Shown here: piece after piece, positions 27,926 to 42,740 of the stretch
How positions within the stretch are numbered: the stretch's first letter is position 1
Layout of the letters: every line of letters starts with the position of its first letter
NCBI RefSeq assembly: GCF_009914755.1
Contig: NC_060930.1
Reading direction: 5' to 3' (one strand)
Origin: the human T2T-CHM13v2.0 reference genome, Homo sapiens
DNA length: 64,000 nucleotides
Translations under genes and position numbers: made by a program
The notes under the pieces: model-generated
Told to the model about the DNA's origin: nothing
Database searches by the model: none
What the model saw: the letters and a program-made list of their open reading frames with translations, nothing else

Positions 27926-30900
27926 GATGGGACAGACTCAGACCATGGACTCCAACTACTGACTTGCTGCTTGCTCGGTTGCTGATTATGAATTTGCTGA
28001 AAAAAATTCTTTATAACGCCTTACAAGAAACTGATAGTTTAGCAAACTGTTAAATTGCAGATGGACTGTAATGGCTTGGGATACTGGTAATGGCGTTGTT
28101 ACACTTCTTTATCTGGAGGTCCTCTTGCAGAAGCCTCTGAAGAACAGGGACACATTAATTTTCTGAGGATATATGTGGACTAGGGTTTATGAAGCATCAT
28201 GCTTGGAGAAGACTTTCTTTCTTTCTATTTCCTGTTTTCTCATTTGAGAAAACCTTAATGGCCACTGCTTGTCTGCTCCCATTATTGGCCAAAAGGAAAA
28301 GAAACCAGGGAAACTGATGTTATTAAAGAATGTGGACACCTCAGAGAAGGTGACGCTCGACAGCCTTCTGTTCTCCATCTGCACTGTTGGATGTAGAACT
28401 CAGGATTCCCTGAGCAGACTCCAGATCAAATGCTGGTAGTGATTTTCTTTCTCTTGTGGTAGAGGGTGAGAGCTCAACAGTTACATAGCCAGAGAGATGG
28501 ACTGCTCTCATGGTTTAAAGCTGACTTAGGGAAGGTCCCATCTTCTTTAGTACTCTAGGGGAAGCTCTGTTAGATCATCGTTCATGGATTTCTTGACATG
28601 AAAACTCAATTTTTATGTGAAGAAATTGTGGATTCTTAATGTCTTCCTTCTGAAATTCCAATCAGGATACACAGAGGAAAAATAGACCTTTGATTTTTAA
28701 GATTAAAAAAATAAAGAAGACATCTATTTGGAATAATAGGTTTCATGTTTAATAGCAGAAATTATAAGCTGTTTTGTCATTAAAGCAATGGGTTTATGGC
28801 GGGGTGATTGCACTGAAGGTTTATGGGTGGAGTTGTGAAAAAACTTACACTGTGCAGGTAAATTATAAAATCAGCAATCTTTTAAAGTATATATTTTTCT
28901 GAGTAGTATTTCTACAAATATAATATTTACTCCTCGGTTCCTACAAATTATCTGCGTCATCTTTTAGATGTCAGATGAGTATTTGGAGGCCTAATGCTTG
29001 GCTTTTTATTCCAGAAGTGACTGGTAATAGGTTTCCCATCTTCCTTTGGGGTGAAGGGGACACTCTTTCATGAGTATAGTTTCTCTAAAGTTCAAAATTG
29101 TTTGTGAATGTTGTAGTGGCTAGAGAAGTGGGCATGGATTCAGTACGTAGAGGCCCCAATGTCCTCTCTGCCACTAAAGTCACTGTGACAGGATATAAAT
29201 CATTACCTCTCTGAGCTGGTTTTTTTAATCAGTTGAAATTTAAAGTGGACCTCGACGGCTCTTAATCTCCCTGCAAATTCTAACATGAATATTTTTATAT
29301 TGACAATATTTTTTTCTTAAGGCAGGAAAGCCACTCCTTGGGAATAGAGTATATTATATGGCATTTAAAAAAAGAATGAAAGAATGTGCCTATGCCTAGG
29401 TAAAATTTCAAGCAAATAATGCCTTTCCAAGTAGCAAAGTAATAACAAAATAGCCTGTCTTTGGAAATACATTTTCACAAGATGTTTTTGGTTTATTTTG
29501 TGGATTTTTAATAAATACCTTTTTAAGAAAACATACTGGTAAAGGAATTGGAGAAAAGCTAATGTCCTTTCAGGACATGTTATTTGTCAAAATTATGATT
29601 GAGACTTGACAGTTTCCTAACATTTTCTCTTTTAGCTTCTTTTAGAGAGTTTTATTTGCCAGTTTATTTTAGGTTTATTCTCCTAGATTGTTCATCCCAG
29701 AGAGGAAAAAATGAAAAGGAATAGATAACTATCTAGACAAAAAGCTCCCCCTTGCCCTCCTAAATGTTGTAATAGTTTCTCATATCCTCTAACTTTTTCA
29801 AATATGCCTTTGATTTTTATACCAGCAGTCTATCCTGAACCTCTCATTTTTTTCCCACTCTGACACTGAAAGCATCATTTGCTATTAGTGGACACAGAGT
29901 CCCTCTTACTTACTCTTGGAAGAAGCTACAGTACAAGGGTTTAAGCAAACACATGTATTAGGCTGTGTATGGTTTGGAAGTAACTAACAAGCACAGGCCT
30001 CCCACAGTTTTCCCTGGGAACCTTTTCTGAACTTCCTCTGTGGCTTCGTTTCCTCTTCACTTAAGTCAAGGCTCTTTCTATTCCCAACTCCCCTGCTCCT
30101 CTTTGGTAGTAAATTGTCACTCAGGTGCATGCTCTCATTTGCAAAACCAGAGGGTCACTTGTACGTTGTGATATGTTTGAATCACCTGGTGTTCTGTCAT
30201 CATTATCTCATGTTGGCACTAACGCCCCTTTTCTCTGCCTTAACTCTCCTTAATTTACTCAGAGTCCAAATTCCTGCTCACTGCATCTGTTTTCACTACT
30301 TCGAAAAGAACAAAGTGCTAGTTCTGATCCCCATAGGGGTCAATTACCTTCCCCGTGCTCACCATCACATATTTCATCTCCAACCCAAGCTGCCATTGAA
30401 CAACGTGGGTTGTTCAAGTCACAGTTAAGGGAAGAAGGAACGGTAGATTGGAGTGAGAGAGAAGGCAAATATTTTGAATAGATTTGTACAAATCCATCAG
30501 TGCACCTGGAAAAACTGCACAGAAGAATAGACAGAGCAGAGGTATTAGAATTAGAAACTAGCCTTCAAATCTAGGCTTTGTGGCATATTCACTGTTTGTC
30601 CTTAGGAGGTTGCATAACCTCTATACACCCAATTTCTTTATATATACAATGTAGACAATGATGACAATCTTATTGGATTGTTGTAAGGAAAAAAGATAAT
30701 AGATAATATATTCAAAGTGCCTGGCACTTGAGAGAGAGAAGCCCTACATAAATCAGAGTGATTAGTTTCACTAACACTGCAGTAGCACAGCCTTCAATGT
30801 AACTTGACAATTATCCATTGAACAACACCTAGATACTCTAATCTGTGTATTAGAGTTGATAGAGTGTATAAAAGGTATAAATTGCAACTGTTTTTTTTAA

Positions 30901-31213
30901 CCGTCGCCTCATCTTCAGCTTTGCCTCCTGAATAATATCCAATACTTTAGCAAGATATTCAAAGTTCTTTAAACTTATCCTCAGCCAATTATTTTTTCAG
31001 ACTTCCTCTTTTCCCCCTTGCTTCTGCAGTCTGCCTTCTTGACAAACCAGGGGGCTCACATCCATATACCCTCTTGAGTTTCCTTCAGCTGAAGACACCA
31101 GGATGAGGCAAATGCTACTCGTTTAAAGATCTAACATAAATGTAACTTTCCCTGTGGAGTCTTTCTGGACCCGGCCTTCTACCCTGCCCTCACAGGAAGG
31201 GTGATTTATATAA

Positions 31214-31664
<451 letters not shown>

Positions 31665-32472
31665 AACCTCTCCTTTAGCAGAGGGAGCAAGAAGAGAATT
31701 CGAGCTCCACTACTTATCAGCTATATGCCCTGGACAAGTCGGGAATCTGTTTTTACACCTGTAAATGGGGGTTGTCAATAACTTGTGGAACTGAGCAGAT
31801 GTGTATAAAGCACCTGGCACATAATGGGACATTGCTTTTTAAATATGATAGTGGCACTTCTACCTGGATTTATGCATGGTTGTGTAAGTGACTGTCACTA
31901 GATTTGAGTTCATCAAGGCCAGGGACAACCCTCAAGTATCACTGGATCTCCATTATGATAACAATGCCTAATTACTATTGATTAAATGCACACATGCCTT
32001 CATGTCTTTCCTTCTTTTCTCCAGAAATACTGCTCCTCACTGAGGTGGCTCCAGCTGATGTCTGGGTTTCTGTGTGCCTACTTTTCTAATCTCAGGACAC
32101 CTGCTGTTACTTTTACATAGTTGGTGGCTCTCAATGGTTCTTAAAATTAAAGAGAGAATTTTAAACATCCATAGTTTCTTTCACTTTTCTCCCTTTCCTC
32201 CACTAAAAGAGACCTTCCTTTTGGTTCTCTAAGCAGGGTTCATATATTTAACTACATGTCTCTCATGTCACAGAAAACTAAAGTTTTTGTGCAAGCTAAA
32301 TAATAGGCTTCAATGGAGCAATGTAATTCCAAATAAAGGAAAAAGCCGAATGATTGATTACTTTAGTTTACCATGATCGAAATTAAAGTTCTGAAATAAG
32401 ATTTGAGCAAAATAAAAAAGACTGCTTTTTGCATTCTGGCTTGGGGAGTTTTATGGTGCTGCTTTGGCTTTT

Positions 32473-32577
32473 ATTTATTTATTAATTTTGAGTGTTAGAG
32501 ACAATTTTATTAATTTTTTATTTTCTTATTTCCATGGATTATTGGGGGAAGAGGTGGTGTTTGGTTACATGAGTAGG
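32473..32577 (-). mobile_element. Extremely 5'-truncated L1PB 3' end with double A-rich tail
   Basis: ggtggtgtttggttacatgagta is the L1PB terminus; 13-bp TSD tgctttggctttt at 32460-32472 and 32578-32590. Confidence 0.85.
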
Positions 32578-33844
32578 TGCTTTGGCTTTTCAAAGAGGAT
32601 GGTCACTAATCGAGTGAGAGAATGTGCCAATGAGGACACAAGCAACACATTTGATTAAAAAAATCAAGTATGCTTTCAAAAGATACTAAATGCAGAGTTT
32701 GTCTCTACGTCTGACTTGCTCGCGCACTTGAATGGGTTCACACATTTTGGGAGTCAGAATGTCTTCCTGGTGAGTGGAAGCTTACCAGGAAGCTCTAAAA
32801 ACCTCTGATAGTTTTCACTTGTCTGTTTTTTTGTCAGAGGACTTGAGTTGATTCAATTAATTATGCCCCCCCTCTGAGTTCCATTTTCATCTGAACCCAC
32901 ATGGCAAAGCTGTAAATGATACGTGCAAATAAGAATTCATCTCCGGGGAAAGCCTTCTTACAGGAATGCCTGCTCCCACTTTGTGGGATGCCAACAGTGT
33001 GCTGGGTTTCAGGGCTACTACCCCAAGAAAGGAGTTCATCTTGCCTTTTCTCCTTTCAATACATTATATTTTATGTGCATTCGAAGAATAAGGTGAGGCT
33101 GTGAAAAAGACATTTCTATTAAAACTAAAATGATAGCTCATTTATTTTATGAATTTTCTTCAATCCTAATAATGTTGAGGGATATATCTTATTGTCTTTA
33201 CTTTCACCTAGGTATCATCAAAACTCAAGCAAACATCATTCACTCAGCTCAAATCTTTCTAGCTTGTTGTTACATTTCAATTAAACTTATATTTCACAAA
33301 AATGAGAATGGAGTGGATTTAACCTCCAGAATGACTCATTTTTCTCTATGGAGATATATTTTTCAAAATTCAAATAAAATATTACATTTGTTTTATAAAC
33401 AAAGAAAATTGAATGTCAAGCCAATGTTTTTTATATGGTTCATGAGACTTTAATTTTTGGTTTTAGGCAGCACATGTGATCATGACAGAGAGCCTCCTGA
33501 GATTCAGTTTGCTTTTGATTTATGAATTTTCTAACTGAAATACCATGGTCATGTAGATATTTTGCTGGGGCCCAGTCTTTCTAAGGAATCAATTTAGAGT
33601 TGTCAGTAAATCTTAGGTAGAAAGTGTTTCAATGCACAGTACGTGTTGTAATGAGCTCTGGGACAGGCAAACTGAGGCTCAAACCCAGCTCTATTCCTTG
33701 GGAACTCTGCAACCTTAGCCAAGTTTCTTCTCATTTCTGTGTAAATAGGTGTCCTGATGCCTACAGTGCAGGGTGATTTTGAGAATCAGATATTTGACAG
33801 TATGCAAAGATCCTCACATTGTGCCTGGCATGTAACGGGATGCA

Positions 33845-34030
33845 ATTGCTGTGTCATAGTGTGGTCCCTGGACCAACAGCTTGCGCGTCACCTGGGAAAT
33901 GGTGAGAAATGCAAATTCTCAGCCTTACCCCAGAGGTATTGAATCAGAAATCTGCAACTGGGGCCCCAAAACTCATATTTTAAGAAGTCTTCTAGGTGAT
34001 TCTAATGCCCGCTCAGGTTTGAGAAACTGC
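33845..34030. mobile_element. MER5A hAT transposon (preceded by MIR ~33640-33840)
   Basis: agtgtggtccctggacca...tcacctggga...agaaatgcaaattctcag...gaatcagaaa...aggtgattctaatgc...gtttgagaa. Confidence 0.85.
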
Positions 34031-35299
34031 CAGAGTGTCTTATAAATTAAAAAACAACATTTACTGACTCAGCTCAATAGCAATTTAGAATTATCCTAGA
34101 AACTTAGTACGTAAGGTGGCTCATACTTATTTTAAACATAACGAGAAGGACAATCTTCCTTATAAATATAAAATCTTCAGATACAGATAAAATGACTGAA
34201 AATTGTTGATAGTTTATTATTTTTCTATGGCTGATAAAAGGTGCAGTATACCAATTATCTTATTTAATCCTCAAGACAACCTCAAGGAAGAGTTGCTATT
34301 AGCAGCCATACCTTACTAAGCAAGTAATTTGGACTACAGAGGACAACTGAACAAAAGTGATAGAGGTGGGCCTTCCATTCTAACAAATTTCAGAAATTTA
34401 ATGCGTAATCCCTAATAGAAAAATAGTCTATGAAATCAAAATGACCGTAGAAGTCTTCTTAATTTTGATGAGATTACTAAACAGATACAATTTCATTCCA
34501 ATTTTTAAGAAAGTGCTAGACTTCCCCAAAAAGTCTATGAAAAGAGCTTTCCTCCCTATTCTGGGTCATAGCAAAGTTTTTCACCTTCTTTCTGGAATTT
34601 ATCACAACCTGTATCATTTATGAGTGTTTACACACACACATACACAAATACAAACATATATATTGCTAGAAACTTCATGAGGGCAGAAGTCATATTTGCC
34701 TTCTGTTCTAAACATGTAGCCCAATGTTTAGAACAATGCCTGGAACATTACTTGAACTCAAAAATTATTAGTTTAATATAATAAATGAATGAGCAAATCT
34801 CTACTGGTGCTGGTAAAAATTTCAGAGACTCACGGCTTTGGAAAACAGTCTTTTCTTTAGTCCTGTTAAACTGAAGAAACTGGCTGAATCTCTATTTAGA
34901 AAGCAGATAGATTCATTTTAGTAGCTTTAACATTAACATGGCCAACACACCCACAAGTCATGAGATCAATGTGACATTCATTCAGCCATTAATCATAGAG
35001 ACATACGTTTTGAAGTTGAAAAGGACCTTGGAGAACATCTAATCTCTCCTTGTGCAGATTGGGAATTTAGGCCCAGGGGTTAAGTGGTTTGTTCAAGGTT
35101 AAATGCTGATCAGGCGCTAGGCTGGAAGTGATGCTGGAAATCAAGGTCGGCTGATTCTTGGCCCATCACTTTTCTCACTCTAGACTGTCTTCATTAAGTG
35201 TACTGGCCCTGAGTGCATATGGGCATGTAATATCTAAACTGCAGTCGTACCCTGGATCCTTCTATAATGCCATGCTTAATGTGAGTGACAAATGCAAGT

Positions 35300-35525
35300 G
35301 GAATTTTCTTTTAAATTGGCTTTGCCACTAACAATCTATGTAGTCTTCAGCAAATTACTTTAACATCATTGTACCTCAGTTTCTTCATATCTAAATTTTG
35401 AAAAAATAATAGTTTCTACTTCACAGGATTGTGAGGATTAAAGGAGATGAATTGTGTAAGGGGTTTAGAATGGTTCCTAACATGTAGTAAGCTCTCTGTA
35501 AGCGTTAACAATTCTTACTAATATT
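35300..35525 (+). mobile_element. MIR SINE
   Basis: ggctttgccacta...gtacctcagtttcttcat...tcacaggattgtgaggattaaa...acatgtagtaagc. Confidence 0.75.
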
Positions 35526-36179
35526 ATCTTGGGTAGGAAAGTTTGCTATGGGATATTTTCTTCTGAGTTGGAGTGATAAACAGATAAAAAGTGTAACTGT
35601 GGCTAACAGTGAGTTTTCATAGAATTCAGATAAGCAAGATTTTCCCAATTTCTGCCTGTGACTAGATGAGCAGGCAGTATTCTTTCTTGCTTTTTAGTCC
35701 CATTTGACTCTTAGAACTGGGACTATCAGTTCATATTATTTATTGAAAGTTTCGTATTTGAGAAAATTTGACTAAGCACAGCAGAGCAGGGTACATAGAG
35801 TGACCTAAATTCTTACCAACAGTTTTGGATTATAAGCACAAATTCCATTTGAAATATGCAATCCACAAACAAGAAATCCATGTGGTTGAAGTTATATGGT
35901 TGATACCTGAAGAAGAGAAGTTCAGAGTCTTTTACTTAAGTATGCAGTTTATGATGAGGAAAACAAATGAAGGTGAATCTTGTTTGAGAACAAAAGACAT
36001 GTTTCTGAACATTTATAGAAATTAAATCTCAAAAATTCAGATTTAGGTATTGCTGTAAAGTTGTTTATTTACTAAAAAAATCACAGTGGAAATACATTAT
36101 AGTTTTCTTTCTATTCTAGAACTAAATCTACTTTAATTTGATTGAACGATGAGGAAAATACCTTATATGGAACATTGTA

Positions 36180-36313
36180 TATAGGGCATAGTGGCTCATG
36201 CCTGTAATTCCAGCACTTTGAGAGGCTAAGGTAGGAGGATAGTTTGGGGACAGGAGTTCAAGACCAGCCTAGGCAGCATAGTGAGACTCCAACTCTGGGA
36301 AAACAAAAATAAC
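36180..36313 (+). mobile_element. FLAM_C free left Alu monomer
   Basis: A single Alu arm, gtggctcatgcctgtaattccagcac...gaccagcctaggcagcatagtgagac, followed by an A-rich tail. Confidence 0.85.
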
Positions 36314-36316
36314 TTT

Positions 36317-36445
36317 GTATATAATATACAGTATATATAGCATACATAGTGTACATATATTGTGTATATACATACCTGTCTACATATACACACATATAAA
36401 CAAACATATATACATATATAGGCACATATGTACACATGTTTATAT
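36317..36445. repeat. Degenerate (TA/CA)n simple repeat
   Basis: Alternating purine-pyrimidine tract tatatatagcatacata...tacacatatata. Confidence 0.85.
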
Positions 36446-37667
36446 TTGTGTCACATTTAAAATGCATCTATGCCCATTACAAAATAAAATTGTAAACTGA
36501 GCTGAGACAATGAGTTCATGTCATTCACTGATCGCTATGCATTTAGATTTACAGCAAACATAATAGATTGATCGAGTCAAATTGGTAGGAAACAGGCTAA
36601 GGCACTGTGGTGGCATTTGCCACTGCCATTATATTCTTCTAATTAGGGGATTGTAACTACTTAAGCCATTTACAAGATGGTCAGTAAGAGCATTCACATG
36701 AGAGGAACTTGGTACACAATGGAAAATGTATTTGGAACACAGAATGTTTGGTTAGAATCTGGCATTATTCTTTTGCTTTTAAAAACAAAGAGACATAAAA
36801 ACCAATTTCTCTTGTTTGTCATAGGATTTCTTTCTGCGTAATTCTATGTAAATCTGACTTCTTTTTGGGGACCCCCCAAATGCACACTTACTTCTTATAG
36901 GCATATCTTGTTTACATTCCAAAACAGAGAAAAGGCCTGTGTTGAAGGCTGCACTAGCACAAAGTGGAAACTTCAAAACTGCCTCTGAAGCTTCCATTAG
37001 AAGACGGAAATTGTCAATTATCCATAATTAATATTTACTGAGGACTCAAGGGGACTTAGCAGCTATGAGAGGATGTCAAACACTCCCACAAAAAGTTATG
37101 TTATTTCAAGTTAAATATAGATTTTCCTGCACAGTTTTCCCACTAGTACCATATTTTTTCATTCCTTTAGAAATCTAGTTATATATTTTTAAAGAAGGGT
37201 TAACTGTATAGTCTTTAACTTGTTTCTTTTTTACTTCTCCCCGCGGCAAAAAGAAGCAAGGACAACAAAAATAAAAGTTTTTATGATCCTGCTGAATCAA
37301 GGTACTAAAACATGAGTTAAATGAAGAGGCGTGGTGGTTTTAATGAAGAAAAATAAAACAATTTAAGCGTTGCCAGGTGGAAAATGAAACAATCTCTTTA
37401 TATGGAATGTGTAGAAAGGGATGAGGCACAGGGATGTTTTGGAAGGCAGTTTCCAATGTCAGGAATTTTTTGCCATGGTCTTTGATCTGCAGGCCAATTT
37501 CAGTCTTGGTCTAAAAGAAAAAATGAAGAGGAAAACTATTACTTGCTTTAATGAAAAAAGTCTCAGTGAACCAAGACTGACTATGGAAAAACAGCCAGGA
37601 GAAAGGATGCTGATTCAAATAAACAAAACTTAAAACCAAAAATCGGAATGAAACTAAAATCTCCCAA

Positions 37668-37697
37668 ACACACATACACACACACACACACACACAT
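37668..37697. repeat. (CA)n microsatellite, one interruption
   Basis: acacacatacacacacacacacacacacat. Confidence 0.92.
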
Positions 37698-38941
37698 ATC
37701 CCCCAATTCCCAGACATCACCACCACCAATTGCTTAATATGCTGTCCATACACAACTATATTATTATTTAGTATCCTCTGGCTACAATTTCTTTTTAGTG
37801 AGTAGTACTTCTCTTTCTTTCCAGGCTTAAGACATTAGTGCTATCTGATAACTTTATTATCTACATAATTCAGCTTCTAAAATTATGTGAACAATCACAT
37901 GCCTAGGAAACATGGCCCATAGTAATTGATGTTTTTCATTGTCACTCTGCTGGTAGAATGTATTCTGATTTTGTTGCATGGACTGGCTTTTACAAGTAAA
38001 AACCACATTGATATTAAAGAAGAAGTGGCAGGAATGTTGTTGCCTCTCTTTGGTGCCCTGCCACAGACAAAGCTGACTTGGGCGGCTGTGTCTATATCCC
38101 AGATATATGGAATTCTGGATAAAACAGGGCTTGTTTAAAACAAAACAAAGCAAAATATTTGGCTAAGCTCAAAAACAGGAAAAGGGAAATCTTGAGTTGC
38201 CAGAAAAAGAAATGCAGAGTCACGGAATTGAACCACAGCCTGCCTGGGGTGTTTCAGGGCTTTCAGGCTGGATATTTTTCTTAGGTGTTTGGGTTTCCGT
38301 ACCAATGGGTCTAAGACACTGTGGGATGTGGAAGTGTTGTTTTATCTTTTAACCTGGATAAAACCACTACCAAATCTAATGTCTAAGGGAGTCTCCTGGA
38401 AGCCATGCACCCACCCTTAGTTATAGATAGAAACAGAAGCCCTTGTGAGAAACTAGAATTCCATGCTACTGTGAATACAGGTAAAAAAAGTTCTATAAAA
38501 TGGACAAGAAACTGATACCATAAAACTGACACATCACCCTAAGCTAAAACTGAAAACCAAATGCAACCAACAGGAAAATCCTCTTGAGACTGCAGATAAT
38601 AGAAAAATCTGAAAAAGAACTTAAATGGTAATGTTTAGAATTTTCATAGATGAAGAAATGGATTGTATCTCTGTTACAGAAACAAAGAAAGCAGATTGGA
38701 AAGTGAAACAAATATAAATTTTAAGAGTGAATTTAAAATTAAAAACTTAAGTGAAAAATATATTAGATATATTTCTACCAATTCTGAAATTAGATATATC
38801 GCAAAGGGTGTGGGTAGGGGAAGTAGAAAGCAAACTACTATTTAGTGAAGAGTAACTTAAACCCAATGAACCAACAGTTTTTCAGTTGAGGGCTTTCTCC
38901 TTAATTTCTTATGAAGCCATTTAGGCAACAAACTTATCTAA

Positions 38942-39274
<333 letters not shown>

Positions 39275-41269
39275 TGAGCATGATTTCTTTCATTCTACAA
39301 TGCCATAAAAACATACTCAAGAGCTTTTTGCTCATAAATTCTTCAGGCGTTGTTTGCCCGTTATTTTCTAAGAAGAGAACCGAAATAACACAAATCCTAC
39401 TCTGCGTATCCTTATTCTATTGTGCCCATTTTTATAGAAAAGGTTTCTGCATTACCCACATTCAGATCTCTATTGCAATCGATGTTAAACACGTCACTCT
39501 AAAATAGCTAGACTGTAGGCAATTTCGTTTTCCCGGCTATTTTTCTGTTTGTTGTTGTTTTTTCTTAAGGCACATACCAGCGGTCTGCTTTCACTTCTCT
39601 GAATATTCATTTAGCCCAGAGGTTCACTCTAAGCAGCCGTAATGCCACTTTCTCAAGACATCAATAAATCTGATATATTTTGAGTATTTATCTCACAGGC
39701 AATAAATATCGTTACACAAACTACATTTCATGAATTAGCTCAAATTACATTTGGGCTGCTTCGGAGCTGCAGAGAAAGGTGCTAAACATTTGATACAACA
39801 CAAAATTATATTTAACTTCAAGGGAGAACAAAACTTCTGATTCTCTCATTAAAAGTAAAGGTGAAAAATCTGTTTTTTTCTTTTTTTAAATCAAGTCGTT
39901 TATTTTCATTTATCTGTCATTTTTATTAAAGGACTTCATAGTGATGTATGTTTCCTGAAGTTTAGGTGTAAATTAAAATGAGTCTATGTGTGTAAAAGTG
40001 TATGATTCATCTTGTAGATGGCTTATTGCCCACTGTTGGTTATGAACTATTAAAAAGAAAGTGAAAAATTGGGAAACGTTGGTGCAAGCTTGACTTTGGC
40101 ACACTTTACCTCGCTTCCTTTTATCTGTCTTCTCTTTTGCTTATGGGGGTGTTTTCTGCTTCACCACAGAACACTTCAGTTGGTGATACTGGAATAGTGA
40201 ATTTGCCTGCTAGGTGGAAATTTAAAACTTGCTGTCATTATGCTTTGCTTCACTGCGGAAGAGCTTCACAGTTTTTCCCCACCAACTTTTTCAGTATATG
40301 ACCGCCAAGGTTGTATTGTGAGACATTCTCTTCAGAATAAAATTTAGCCTCTGAATCTGGGGGAGGTGAGCACTATGTTGTTTAGCCAATTTACTGAATT
40401 TTCTTGTTTTTCTTTTCCTGATATCTGGAGCCCTCAAACCAAAACATTAGCCAGCAGGCATTTCCCAGAGAACAGGAATTCAAAAAGGAGTTCTCCGTGA
40501 TGTAGTGTGTGCTCTTTGCAATTCGTAGGACTTTTATAATCAATATTTTCCTTCCTCTTTCACGATGACACTCAAATAGAATGACAGTAATGAACTAGCA
40601 AACTTGGATATGAGACTACCATGTCCTTCTAAACTCCATAAAAAGTAAACATAAAAATCTTAATTGATTTTACTGCAGTTCAGTCAAATTGCACGTTGTG
40701 TTTTTTTTTCCAATAAAGTAATGAAAATTTGTTGAATGTCTACTGGGTGAAAAGCACTGTGCTTGTTGCTGAAGAGGAATCCCAGCACACGTTACGTGTG
40801 GTCCTATGTACATCAGCTTTGCTGGATGTAGGGGCCTCTGCATTTTACTCTGTGTCTATGATTGAGAAAGTCATTCTACTCTGGGAACAATAAGCTCGTC
40901 ATTTGGGTATGAGACTTTAATTATCTAATTGAAGAGCTCTGACTCAGAAAACAGATATCCATAGTGGGGATAGCTGTAGGTTCCGACCGTCTTTAGCATC
41001 CTTGCCCGTCATTTTAAGAAAACAGTGATGAGCAAAACCTGCAATCAGAGGTGTTTACAAATGGCCATTGAGAAGATTGAATGCTATTGTGAAGAAGTCT
41101 TTGGGGACCCTGGGCACAGGCTCTTGCTGACTTTTTTTTCTGGTATAATTATGACACTATTATTATTGAATTATTATTGATATAGTGATACCAATGTTAT
41201 ATCTGGTACAATTGAATATAATTAGTATTGACTTAATTATTATTCAACTGGCTAGTATTTATTCTTTTT

Positions 41270-42740
41270 CTATTGTGTGAAAGAGTTTATATAAGAATAG
41301 GCTTCTTTGCTTCTTAAATGTTTGGAAGAATTCACTGGTGAAGATTTCTCAGCCTGGGTATTTCCTTTGGGGAAATATCTTAATAACAGACTCAGTTTCT
41401 TTTGTAGATACAAGCCTATTCAGATTTGGTATTTCTTCTTGTGTTAGTTTCTTAGTTGAGTTTTTTCAGGAATCTGTCTATTTCATCAAAATTTTTTAAT
41501 TTATTGGCACAGAGGATATTGGCACAGTATCCTACACTTTTAATACTTTAAAAAATATCCATAGGATTGCTATAATGACTTCTTTCTCATTTCTGGTATC
41601 CATGATATATTTCTTCTCTTTATGACTTCTTTTACTTTCATTAGACTTAAGCTGGTGTACACTTTTCTCCTTTAAGATATGAATATTTAGATCATTGATT
41701 TCAGCCTTTTCTTTGACTGTCATCTAAAATGCATGTATACATCTTGTAATATTAAAAATATAGTATTTATGTGCACATATTTATTAGATCTTTAAATAAG
41801 AAAAATAATGAAATATATTTATTCACATATTTGTTTATATATTCATTTATATATTTAAATGCTATTACTTAAAATATATAAATATATAAAATAATTATAA
41901 ATATATATTTATTATATTTTTACATATATTTATGTCCGATATTTATATTTTATTCTGTTTTATGTATTTTATGCATACATCCACAATTATATAAATATTC
42001 ATATAAAATGTTATAATATGTGCATACTTAAAATATATAACATATCAAAACTTGTGTTAGACAAGGGAAACATTTATTTTCGGTCAGTCAGGAACTGAGC
42101 TGCTCTGGGTCAGGCTGCGATTTTTGTCAGCCTGCTCCTAACTCATGTCCATACTGCTCCAAGGGTTAGTCCCCAGAGATTGGGGGTGTTTACTCAAATC
42201 CCCAACTCCTTGGTGGGTTCTGAACTGCAATATTTATTTCCTAGGCCCTGTAAAACTGCTGAAAACTCTGTTTTAATTTTCAGAGTCTCAGCTTAGCTTC
42301 TTAACCTCTTGCTTCACAGTTAAAGAATTTGGTGAAGACCTTGACCTTGAGCTCACTTGTTCATCCTCCCCTTTTCTACAGGATGTAAGCTGCCTTGAGG
42401 CCCTGAATTCAATTTTTGTCTCTCCATTCCTGTGAAGCTGAGACACTCAGCTGGCCTATTGGCCTCCTGGCCCAGGTCTTGACCTCAAATTTTTCACCTT
42501 TTACCTAATGCCAAGAATCAGCAACTGCTCCAAGGAAAAAATGGGTCTAAGAAGTAGGCTCATCTCTCCTTGGTTCTCCTTTCTACAACATCTTGGCCCC
42601 TCAATTCCTGGTTGTCTTGGCGGCTTTGTGCTGCTTTCAAACTTATAACTTTGTGTTTTATCTGACTTTTCTCATTGTTTTTGACAGGGGTTTCATTGTA
42701 CTCCTGTGTACTCAACATAGCCAGGAGTGGAAATCCTGGC
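41270..42740 (-). mobile_element. Old L1M/L1ME remnants (ORF2 piece ~41270-41730, 5'-end piece ~42060-42740) separated by AT-rich low-complexity DNA
   Basis: cttaaatgtttggaagaattcactggtgaag, ctattcagattt, atctgtctatttcatc; L1ME-like 5' terminus ccaggagtggaaatc. Confidence 0.65.

Noticed and set aside
32000-32070. Strong + strand acceptor tctttccttcttttctccAG
   Set aside because: No convincing downstream donor defines an exon.
39749-39766. 18-nt - strand microexon candidate (ctttctctgcAG ... AAT|GTAATT)
   Set aside because: The donor is weak and there is no supporting context; expected by chance in 64 kb.
41750-42050. Extremely AT-rich block
   Set aside because: Degenerate (TA)n low-complexity sequence between L1 remnants; no specific structure.
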